From the NCBI RefSeq assembly GCF_049243625.1, contig NZ_CP046975.1: 32,000 bases of DNA; one strand, 5' to 3'. Of this stretch, positions 24,831-32,000 are shown piece by piece. Source of the stretch: Corynebacterium amycolatum. GTDB taxonomy: Bacteria > Actinomycetota > Actinomycetes > Mycobacteriales > Mycobacteriaceae. The notes beneath the pieces were generated by a model. That model saw only the letters and a list, made by a program, of their open reading frames with translations, was not told the DNA's origin and made no database searches. The translations under genes and the position numbers were made by a program. The stretch's first letter is position 1. Every line of letters begins with the position of its first letter.

Positions 24831-25888
24831 TGGCCGGTGACGGAGACGTGACATGGGGCGACAATGTCATCTTTGCCGAGTTTGGCAAGGGCCCCTCTGG
24901 AAAGCGCGGTCGTAAAAGGACTACGGCGCGAAGCGCACCAGCAACCAGCTCGACGATTGAAAAGCTCCTGGCCACCCAGGACTGGGCTGGTGCATTTACC
25001 GGGCAGCAGCGACGTGGAACCTCAGCGCGTGTGGCGGTCGAGCCACGTACTACTTTTGCCCGGTGGGTGTGGGAGTTCATCATCCGTGGTGCCGATTCGG
25101 GTCGTATTCACAGAGGCGAGAAGTACAGGTTCGACGGCAATGTGCTCGGGCTTCGAATCGCGGATGGTTACATCATCGGGGAAGTGCAGGGCAGCCAGCC
25201 GGAACCATTCTCAGTCTTTATTCGGTTCCCACGGCGGGAGCAGAAACAAACTGACGACGTACTGCGGTGGTTGGTGAACAATCCGTCGGCTTTTACGGAG
25301 TTTGAGCACGGCGAGTTGCCGTATGAGCAGATGGAAATGCTGTTGTGCGATGGTGAAGAGCACATTTATAGCGAATGCACCTGCCCGGACCCAGCACCTG
25401 TGTGTAAGCACACCGTTGCAGTCGCCGCTCAACTTGTCGCTGATATCGACCGTGATCCGCTGTCGCTAATGCAGCTGCGCGATTATCCGCAGCGCGAATT
25501 GCAACGCCGGCTTCAGGAACTAACACAGCTGCGAAACCGGACTGCGCCAAAGCGCCTCGGGCTTGGCGGCGAGGTTCGGGAAGATCCCAATAAAACCACC
25601 CAGAAGTCGGGTGACGCTGGTGGAAATGATGGCGGTGACAACGAGCAGAAAAAGGTTGCCGAGCTTTTCGCGGTCGAAGCCGACTACTGGGGCAATGATT
25701 TGGAACGAGTCAGTGTTCCTTCGCTCGAGGTTATTGACCCGCTAACAGTTACCGACCGTAGTTTGCTGCATGAAGCATTGCAGCCAACCTGCGTAGTTTC
25801 GAGAGAGACCATTCGTGCAGTCGCCGATTTGGAAGATTGTTGGCAACATCTGCAGGAATCGCTGAGCCTGGAACAAAAGGAGCGCTAG
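24830..25888 (+). CDS. SWIM zinc-finger protein
   Basis: The SWIM motif is CTCPDPAPVCKH (CxC-x6-CxH). ATG 24830 overlaps the SNF2 stop codon (TAATG). The ORF track starts it at the in-frame GTG 24821. Confidence 0.85.
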   Translation: MAGDGDVTWGDNVIFAEFGKGPSGKRGRKRTTARSAPATSSTIEKLLATQDWAGAFTGQQRRGTSARVAVEPRTTFARWVWEFIIRGADSGRIHRGEKYRFDGNVLGLRIADGYIIGEVQGSQPEPFSVFIRFPRREQKQTDDVLRWLVNNPSAFTEFEHGELPYEQMEMLLCDGEEHIYSECTCPDPAPVCKHTVAVAAQLVADIDRDPLSLMQLRDYPQRELQRRLQELTQLRNRTAPKRLGLGGEVREDPNKTTQKSGDAGGNDGGDNEQKKVAELFAVEADYWGNDLERVSVPSLEVIDPLTVTDRSLLHEALQPTCVVSRETIRAVADLEDCWQHLQESLSLEQKER

Positions 25889-25890
25889 TC

Positions 25891-27066
25891 ATGAAATTCA
25901 TTCACACCTCAGATTGGCAACTGGGAATGACTCGGTGGTTCCTAGAGCTCGATGGCGGTGAAGCCCAAGCTAGGTTCCACGAAAGTCGCCTCAACGCCAT
26001 CGACCGCATCGGTGAGTTGGCGACCAGCGAAGGCGCTGAGTTCATCGTCGTCGCTGGAGACGTGTTCGATTCCAATACGTTGCCGGACAAGGTGTTCTTG
26101 CGGGCTCTTGAGCGAATCGCCAAGCTACCCGTGCCGGTGTATCTCCTGCCCGGCAACCATGATGCGCTTGATGCTTCTTCCATTTATCGACGTAGCGCTT
26201 TCGAATCTTTGGAAGACCGAGGAGTTTACGTAATTCGCGACAGCGAGCCCATTTCCATCCGTGACGGGGTGGAACTCATCGGTGTGCCAGTACACGGCAA
26301 GTATTCGGCAGACGACATCGTGGCGGAAATAGCCACGGAGCTTGAGCCGGCCGATGGAATCCGAGTGATGGTCGCACACGGCCAAGTAGAAGGCTTTGGT
26401 GCTGATGCGGGAGCCACCATTGATTTGACCAGCTTGGAACAGGCTATTGACCGTGGGGCGTTGCACTATGTGGCGCTGGGGGATTCCCACTCCACGAGCC
26501 AACTTGACCATGCTGGCAGAGTTTATTTCTCCGGCGCGCACGAAACCACAGCGTATGACGACAAAGAACGGGATTCCGGCAATGCGCTAGTCGTCGACAT
26601 TGCAGAGGACGACCCCGAAAAGGGCTCAGTTACCGTGGCCTCCCACCGAGTGGGGCAGTGGGCTTTTCATGCCATCGACATGGATATCACTGGCGCGGAA
26701 GACCTCGATGAGTTCTTTGCTGAACTGGACGGTATCGAGGCGAAGACAGACACAGCGGTGAAGTATTCATTGCGAGGAACCGTGACACTGTCAGAGTCGA
26801 CTACCTTTGAAAACCGACTTGAGCAGTACCAACAGCTTTTCGCTGCACTTTATCGCCGGGAAAGTGGCTCCGATTTAACGGTGGTTCCGTCCGAAGGAGA
26901 TATCTCTAATCTCAATCTCACCGGTTATCCGCTCATAGCTGCAGAAAAACTAACGGTCTTGAGTAAAGGGCGAACCGAGAGCGGTAGCCCCCTATCAGAA
27001 TCTGAAACCACCGCAGCAGCTGATGCGCTTCGCTTGCTGGCCCGCCTAGCCGGAGAGAAGGAATAA
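25891..27066 (+). CDS. SbcD/Mre11-family metallophosphoesterase nuclease subunit (YhaO/SbcD-like)
   Basis: Phosphoesterase motifs are HTSDWQLG, VAGDVFD, LPGNHD, VAHG and LGDSH. ATG 25891 follows AAGGAG and lies 2 nt after the SWIM stop. The track's 25837 start is an upstream extension. Confidence 0.85.
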   Translation: MKFIHTSDWQLGMTRWFLELDGGEAQARFHESRLNAIDRIGELATSEGAEFIVVAGDVFDSNTLPDKVFLRALERIAKLPVPVYLLPGNHDALDASSIYRRSAFESLEDRGVYVIRDSEPISIRDGVELIGVPVHGKYSADDIVAEIATELEPADGIRVMVAHGQVEGFGADAGATIDLTSLEQAIDRGALHYVALGDSHSTSQLDHAGRVYFSGAHETTAYDDKERDSGNALVVDIAEDDPEKGSVTVASHRVGQWAFHAIDMDITGAEDLDEFFAELDGIEAKTDTAVKYSLRGTVTLSESTTFENRLEQYQQLFAALYRRESGSDLTVVPSEGDISNLNLTGYPLIAAEKLTVLSKGRTESGSPLSESETTAAADALRLLARLAGEKE

Positions 27067-27069
27067 ATC

Positions 27070-29727
27070 ATGCGTTTTCACGACATCGAATTACACAATG
27101 TACGTGCGATTGATTCACTCTCAATCACAGGGCTCGCCGAGCGCGGCGTGGTAGTGATTTCCGGTGAAAATGAGTCGGGTAAGACGACAATCGCCAAAGC
27201 TATTCACGTTGCACTGACGACAAAATGGAAGTCCAGGTCAAGCGAAGCGCTTAGTCTGAACAGTCACTCCAGCCAGGAAAAGCCGCAGGTTAAGCTCCGG
27301 CTGGAGCTTGACGGCTACGAATTTACGCTGGACAAGATCTTTGGTGGCACCAAGGACACCGGCACAATCGTCACCGTCCACTCTCCGACAGCCGAGGTTC
27401 TCAAAGATGACCAGGCGGAGGAGTGGCTGGCCGCCCGAATGCACAATGCAGATACCAAGAACCTGTGGCAGGTTTTCGTTGCTGAACAGGGGCAAGCACA
27501 AAAGACCCTCTCCTTGGGCGGTTATGTACAAGTCACTAGCGCATTGCAGTCGGCATCGGGGCAGCGCGCGGAAACCGCAGAAGAGGTAGGCCTTTTTGAA
27601 GCCGTTGAAGCCGAATACGGCAACTATTTCCAAAAAAATGGCAAAGAGCGCAAGCAGCTTACCGACGTAGACAAGGAGCTGGCGGAAGCCCAGCAGGTGC
27701 GCGACGAAGCGGCGAAAAAGGTCCGGGAATTCGAAGCGCTCAATGAGGAAGCTGCTCGTAATGAAGAAAGCCAGCAAACGCAGCGGGCATCGTTGCCAGA
27801 AGCCCAAAACGAAGTCGAGCACTGGGGCCAGGCACTAGAAGAACTCGAAAAGTTCAGGGTTGCCGTCTCCCAGGCACAGGAGGTCTCTGCAGCGGCGAAG
27901 CAGCAGCTGGACTTAGCTAAACAGGCTCAGCAAGAGCGCGAAGCTTTCATTCAGCAGGCACAAGAAGCCAAGGATCAGCATTCTGCCGCAGAGAAGAAAG
28001 TTGCTGAATTTAAGGAAGCGTTCGATAAGGAGGTCGCAGCTTTAAAGAAGGCGCAGGAAGATCGCGATGCGGTTGTAAACACGTACCGCGAAGCTCGAAA
28101 GGCAGAAGAACTGGCCGCAGCTGAAGTTGCATTGGGAGAGAAGCGCGGTTTGGTTGAAGCTCTGTCGAAGCGAGTGAAGAAACTCGATGCGCTCCGCGCG
28201 CAATTGGCAGAGCACAAGGAGATAATTACTCGGAATTCCGTTACCGAAGAGGTAATGGAAAAACTGTTGACCTGCGAACGCGAAGTTGCAACAGCCGCCG
28301 CTGTGCTGGAGGCATCGAGCCCGAGTGTGCAGCTCTCGGCTAGTAGTGCGCAGGAGGTCACGGTCGACGGCGAGAAAGTGGGGCTAGCTCCGGAGGCTGA
28401 GACAGTTCAACGCGCGGTTACTAAGCCATTGGCCATCGAAGTCGGCGACGTCACGGTTGCTATACAGCCCGGAGACGGCTCAGATTCGCAGCAGCGCAAG
28501 CTAGAAAAAGCAGAGACATCGCTCAAAGAACAGCTTGAGGTTGCAGGCGCTGATTCCGTCGCGGAAGCACAAAAGGCATACACACGACGTCGGGAAGCGG
28601 AAAAAGCAAAATTCCAGGTGGAGACATCCATAACTGCGGTGTCCGACGGTGTGGAGTATCACCAGCTCACAGCAGAGTTGGATGATGCGAAGGAAGAAGC
28701 ACGAGTACACGGCGAGCGGTATCAGGAACTTGCGGGCGAGGATGCGCCGACGGAGATTGACTTGGTATCGGCAAAGTCCCGGCTGGAAGAAGCTGCAGTG
28801 GGGCGTAGGGATGCCGAGTCGGAGCGCGACAGTGCTGATATGCGCTTATCGAAGCTGGAGAAGCGTCCTGCACACGCCAACTATACGAAGGCCAGCAGCG
28901 AGCTTGAAGGGGCTCGGTCCGTTCTGAAGGTCCGCGAAGATTCGCTCACGGCGACGCGAGAAAAAGCCTCGGACGCCGAGATCTTTGCTGCGGTGGAAAA
29001 CCGAGGCAAGGACTATGAGGCGGCAGAAGAGCAACTGGCTGCGGCTCAGAAGAAGCTGGCGCAGCGGGATGCCGACGACGTGGAAGCATCGCTCGCGGGC
29101 GCTAAGCAGCGACGGGATGCAGTTGAGAATCGCCTGGCTGAGCTGGAAAAGCGTCGGCAAGAGATTCGGGTGCACTTGGACTATTTCGACAGCGCGAATG
29201 AGAAACTGGCAGCAGCTGAGGGAGTAGTGGAGCGAACACAGCGAGATCGGAATTCAATGCGTCGACGTGCAGCTGCCGCCAAGACTCTCATGGAGGTAAT
29301 GACACAGGCACGTGTGGCATCGCGGAATGCGCTGGCTGACCCCTTGCTGCGCAAGCTCGAAGAGTACGGTGGCGGTGTGTTCGGTGCGGGAACTCAGTTC
29401 ACGATGAATGAGGACTTGCAGATTGAGTCACGGTCCAATGCCGATGGCAAGTTCGATGTCGATGAGCTATCTGGTGGAGCGCAGGAGCAGCTGGACATTC
29501 TGCTGCGCTTGGCCGTTGCCGGTGTCATGGAGGGCGGGCAAGGCGCTCCGGTGATTATTGATGATGCATTAGGTTATTCAGACGAACACCGTTTGCGGCG
29601 GATGAATAATGCTCTTGCCAAAGCGGGGCGCGATATGCAGGTATTAGTCCTGACGTGCGATGAAGCCCGCTTTGATCGTGTGACAGGAGCGGAGTTTATG
29701 AAAATTCAGGATTTGGTTTCAAGATAG
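27070..29727 (+). CDS. SbcC/Rad50-like SMC-type ATPase (YhaN/SbcC-like), no visible zinc hook
   Basis: Walker A GENESGKTT. A long E/A/K/Q-rich region looks like coiled coil. The C-terminus has the signature LSGGAQEQL and Walker B VIIDDALGYSD. The ATG lies 3 nt after the SbcD-like stop. Confidence 0.85.
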   Translation: MRFHDIELHNVRAIDSLSITGLAERGVVVISGENESGKTTIAKAIHVALTTKWKSRSSEALSLNSHSSQEKPQVKLRLELDGYEFTLDKIFGGTKDTGTIVTVHSPTAEVLKDDQAEEWLAARMHNADTKNLWQVFVAEQGQAQKTLSLGGYVQVTSALQSASGQRAETAEEVGLFEAVEAEYGNYFQKNGKERKQLTDVDKELAEAQQVRDEAAKKVREFEALNEEAARNEESQQTQRASLPEAQNEVEHWGQALEELEKFRVAVSQAQEVSAAAKQQLDLAKQAQQEREAFIQQAQEAKDQHSAAEKKVAEFKEAFDKEVAALKKAQEDRDAVVNTYREARKAEELAAAEVALGEKRGLVEALSKRVKKLDALRAQLAEHKEIITRNSVTEEVMEKLLTCEREVATAAAVLEASSPSVQLSASSAQEVTVDGEKVGLAPEAETVQRAVTKPLAIEVGDVTVAIQPGDGSDSQQRKLEKAETSLKEQLEVAGADSVAEAQKAYTRRREAEKAKFQVETSITAVSDGVEYHQLTAELDDAKEEARVHGERYQELAGEDAPTEIDLVSAKSRLEEAAVGRRDAESERDSADMRLSKLEKRPAHANYTKASSELEGARSVLKVREDSLTATREKASDAEIFAAVENRGKDYEAAEEQLAAAQKKLAQRDADDVEASLAGAKQRRDAVENRLAELEKRRQEIRVHLDYFDSANEKLAAAEGVVERTQRDRNSMRRRAAAAKTLMEVMTQARVASRNALADPLLRKLEEYGGGVFGAGTQFTMNEDLQIESRSNADGKFDVDELSGGAQEQLDILLRLAVAGVMEGGQGAPVIIDDALGYSDEHRLRRMNNALAKAGRDMQVLVLTCDEARFDRVTGAEFMKIQDLVSR

Positions 29728-29741
29728 TAGGCTCTGTACAT

Positions 29742-30233
29742 ATGCAAGATATTCCGTGGTTAAGTGATGAAGAGCAGCGGTTATGGCGCTCAATTCTGAA
29801 CGCTAAACGGGCCGTTGACAGGTCAATCGACCTTCAGCTGCAAGATTCTCTCGATATTTCCACTGCAGATTTTTCGGTTCTGGTTGTTCTCTCCGAGGCT
29901 GAAGACAATGTAGTGCGCATGCGCACCCTGTGTGAATCCCTGGAGTGGGACCGCAGCCGAATGTCACACCAAATTACTCGTATGGAGCGACGCGGGCTAG
30001 TAACTAAGGAACGCTGCGCCTGCGATAACCGTGGTATCGATGTCACGCTTACTGAACACGGTCGAACTGTGATTGAGAAAGCGGCGCCGAACCATGTGAA
30101 GCTTGTGCGCCATGTTTTGTTTGATGTGCTCGGTGAAAATATCGACTATCAGGGGATTTCCGCTGTGCTCGATAAGATTGCAGAGACCGCCAATGCTACG
30201 GTCACCGATTCAGTCGACGGACAAGCAGAGTAG
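29742..30233 (+). CDS. MarR-family transcriptional regulator
   Basis: 163 aa. It has a MarR-like winged-helix pattern (ISTADFSVLVVLSE ... RMSHQITRMERRGLVTKE ... DNRGIDVTLTEHG). It starts 14 nt after the SbcC-like stop. Confidence 0.8.
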   Translation: MQDIPWLSDEEQRLWRSILNAKRAVDRSIDLQLQDSLDISTADFSVLVVLSEAEDNVVRMRTLCESLEWDRSRMSHQITRMERRGLVTKERCACDNRGIDVTLTEHGRTVIEKAAPNHVKLVRHVLFDVLGENIDYQGISAVLDKIAETANATVTDSVDGQAE

Positions 30234-30302
30234 CCAAAAGTTTTTGTGAGTGTTTTCTCATTTGTCTCCGCTACGAGGCTCTCACCATTAGCCTAGAGCA
30301 GT

Positions 30303-30755
30303 ATGAACTCATTTGAATGGCTGAGTGATGATGAACAGCTCTTTTGGCAGTCGATGGTAGCTGCTTTTCGCGAGGTAGAGCGCAATATCGAGCGGAGCCT
30401 ACGCACTCGAACCGGGCTGACGTTCGCGGACTTTACCCTGCTCATCGCTCTGCATGAGGTAGAGGAGGGGATTCTGCATGTTGACAAGATTTGTGATCGA
30501 CTGAAGTGGAACCATCCCCGCGCGCTGCTACATACCAACAGGTTGGAAAAGCGCGGATTTATTCACACCGAAGACCACGGCGAAGACCCGGATTCGGATT
30601 ATGTCGTCGTCTTAACAGGCGTTGGTCGGCACGTGTTTGCCGAGGCGGCGCCGGATTATGTAGACACTGTTCGCCAGGAAGTTATTTCACCACTTGCTGA
30701 TGAAGACCGCGAAGTGATGCTGAGGTGCTTCCAGTCGGTTCTCGAAAGGAAATAA
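30303..30755 (+). CDS. MarR-family transcriptional regulator (paralog of 29742..30233)
   Basis: 150 aa. It shares the N-terminal WLSD(D/E)EQ..W motif and the helix-turn-helix layout (LTFADFTLLIALHE ... RLEKRGFIHTE). Confidence 0.8.
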   Translation: MNSFEWLSDDEQLFWQSMVAAFREVERNIERSLRTRTGLTFADFTLLIALHEVEEGILHVDKICDRLKWNHPRALLHTNRLEKRGFIHTEDHGEDPDSDYVVVLTGVGRHVFAEAAPDYVDTVRQEVISPLADEDREVMLRCFQSVLERK

Positions 30756-30766
30756 GACTTCCAAGT

Positions 30767-30803
30767 CCTGCTAGTAAAACAATCACTAGCAGGGCGCTTT
30801 TTT
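30767..30803 (+). terminator. Rho-independent terminator after the second MarR gene
   Basis: The stem is CCTGCTAGT-aaaacaatc-ACTAGCAGG, followed by gcgcTTTTTT. Confidence 0.8.
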
Positions 30804-30924
30804 CTCTACGTTTCAAGTTGTAAAGTAAGGCGTGCCTAAAGCAAAGGGGTGAGTGCTCACTTCTCTTTGTGCACCCTAAGTACCAAAAACTACGCAGAAA
30901 TAAACAAGGCAGAAACTGAAACGC

Positions 30925-32000
30925 ATGAGAGTCAATATTTTCGCCAAGGCTAAAACCGCGCCAAAGACCAAAACTCTGGCCGCAATCGGGTGTGCAGCGC
31001 TGAGCTTCGTCGCTACAGCATGCGGTGCGGACGCAGAGTCGAACGAGGCTGCCGACAACAAAGGAGAACTCACTGTCACTGATGTCGCAGGTCGCACTGT
31101 GACCTTCGACAAGCAGCCAGAACGAGTCGTGCTCGGTGAAGGCCGCGCCATGTTTGTCACCGCGATGCTTGACCACGAAAACCCGGGTGACCACGTTGTC
31201 GCCATGGGCAGCGATTTGCATTCGGGCGCGCCGTCGTTTGAAACCAAGCTTTTCGAGACGAACCCCGAGCTGAAAGACATGCCGACCATCGGCAATATCG
31301 CCAAGGGCGATGTCACAGTTGAAAACCTCATCTCCCACGACCCAGACGTGGTCGTCATGACCCTTGACCACAAGAAGGCCGCGGAGCAGTCCGGTTTCCT
31401 CACCAAGCTCGATCAGGCAGGTCTGAAGTACGTATTCACCGACTTCCGGCAAAAGCCCCTGGAGAATACCGCCAAGTCCGTCGAGCTCCTCGGCCAGATC
31501 GTCGATGAGCAGGACAATGCCAAGAAGTTCACCGACTTCTACACAAAGCGCGTCAACGAGATCACCGAACGTGCCGCCAAGCTCGAAGACAAGCCAAAGA
31601 CCTTCGTCTGGCGAGCAGCCGGTCTCAAGGATTGCTGCTCGACCGTCAACAAGTCCAACCTCGGTGACCTTGTCACAGCAGCCGGCGGTGAGAACCTCGG
31701 AGACAGCCTCCTCGACACCGAATCGGGCGACGTGACCGCAGAGAAGGTCCTGTCCGTCCAGCCGGAGAAGATCATCGCCACCGGTGGTTCTTGGGCGCTC
31801 GATCCGAAGAAGCCGGAAGTGCTGCCACACGTCGAACTCGGCTACACCGCCACCCCAGAGACCGCACAGCGCACTCTGGAAGGCCTGCTGAAGACTCCGG
31901 GTTTTGACACCCTGACCGCGCCGAAGAAGGGTGATCTGTACGCCGCCTTCCACCAGTTCTACGACTCGCCGTACAACGTCTTCGCGCTCGAGCAATTCGC
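30925..32000 (+). CDS. ABC-transporter substrate-binding lipoprotein, iron-siderophore/cobalamin (FecB/PBP type 8) class; 3' end lies beyond the window
   Basis: The ORF has no stop codon inside the window, so it is missing from the ORF track. My translation gives MRVNIFAKAKTAPKTKTLAAIGCAALSFVATACGADAES... with the lipobox VATAC. After that: VTDVAGRTVTFDKQPERVVLGEG ... NLISHDPDVVVM ... KPKTFVW, typical of periplasmic siderophore-binding proteins. The antisense ORF 30682..31995 is spurious. Confidence 0.8.
   Translation, partial: MRVNIFAKAKTAPKTKTLAAIGCAALSFVATACGADAESNEAADNKGELTVTDVAGRTVTFDKQPERVVLGEGRAMFVTAMLDHENPGDHVVAMGSDLHSGAPSFETKLFETNPELKDMPTIGNIAKGDVTVENLISHDPDVVVMTLDHKKAAEQSGFLTKLDQAGLKYVFTDFRQKPLENTAKSVELLGQIVDEQDNAKKFTDFYTKRVNEITERAAKLEDKPKTFVWRAAGLKDCCSTVNKSNLGDLVTAAGGENLGDSLLDTESGDVTAEKVLSVQPEKIIATGGSWALDPKKPEVLPHVELGYTATPETAQRTLEGLLKTPGFDTLTAPKKGDLYAAFHQFYDSPYNVFALEQF

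Noticed and set aside
30820-30845. Possible DtxR/IdeR iron box (gtAAGGCgtGCCTAAag) upstream of the siderophore-binding protein gene
   Set aside because: By my hand alignment only about 12 of 19 positions match the TTAGGTTAGCCTAACCTAA consensus. That is too weak to call without a PWM score.
30682-31995. 437-aa minus-strand ORF
   Set aside because: It is antisense to the substrate-binding lipoprotein gene, which has a lipobox and family-typical motifs. The plus-strand gene is missing from the track only because its stop lies outside the window.

Overview
The window looks like chromosomal DNA from a high-GC actinobacterium. Gene content suggests Corynebacterium, but that is an inference with no search behind it. 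Most of it is ordinary core genes. These are a fused ABC exporter, an EcsC-like protein, a FhuF-like 2Fe-2S protein, two tandem secreted S1 serine proteases, an MFS transporter and a BASS transporter. They also include a DeaD-type DEAD-box helicase with an RGG tail, a small membrane protein, a secreted DUF1524/HNH nuclease and PutP. A tightly coupled SNF2-helicase / SWIM / SbcD-like / SbcC-like operon is followed by two MarR paralogs and a siderophore-type binding lipoprotein. The clearest accessory element is a visibly AT-richer two-gene insert at about 9.2-12.7 kb. It encodes an HKD(PLD)-nuclease / SF2-helicase / DUF3427 fusion protein and a MutT/NudG-type Nudix hydrolase. I rank it as the best candidate for a poorly described defence-type module. 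Other points worth a look: a LexA-type SOS box in front of an unknown gene, a hyper-acidic protein, a 14-aa uORF made by a 15-bp tandem duplication and overlapping the SNF2 start, and a terminator-like hairpin inside the BASS leader. The SbcC-like ATPase also shows no visible zinc hook. I saw no rRNA, tRNA, CRISPR array or transposase. Two real genes run off the window ends and are absent from the ORF track (1..2972 minus strand, 30925..32000 plus strand). I found both by translating the sequence by hand.
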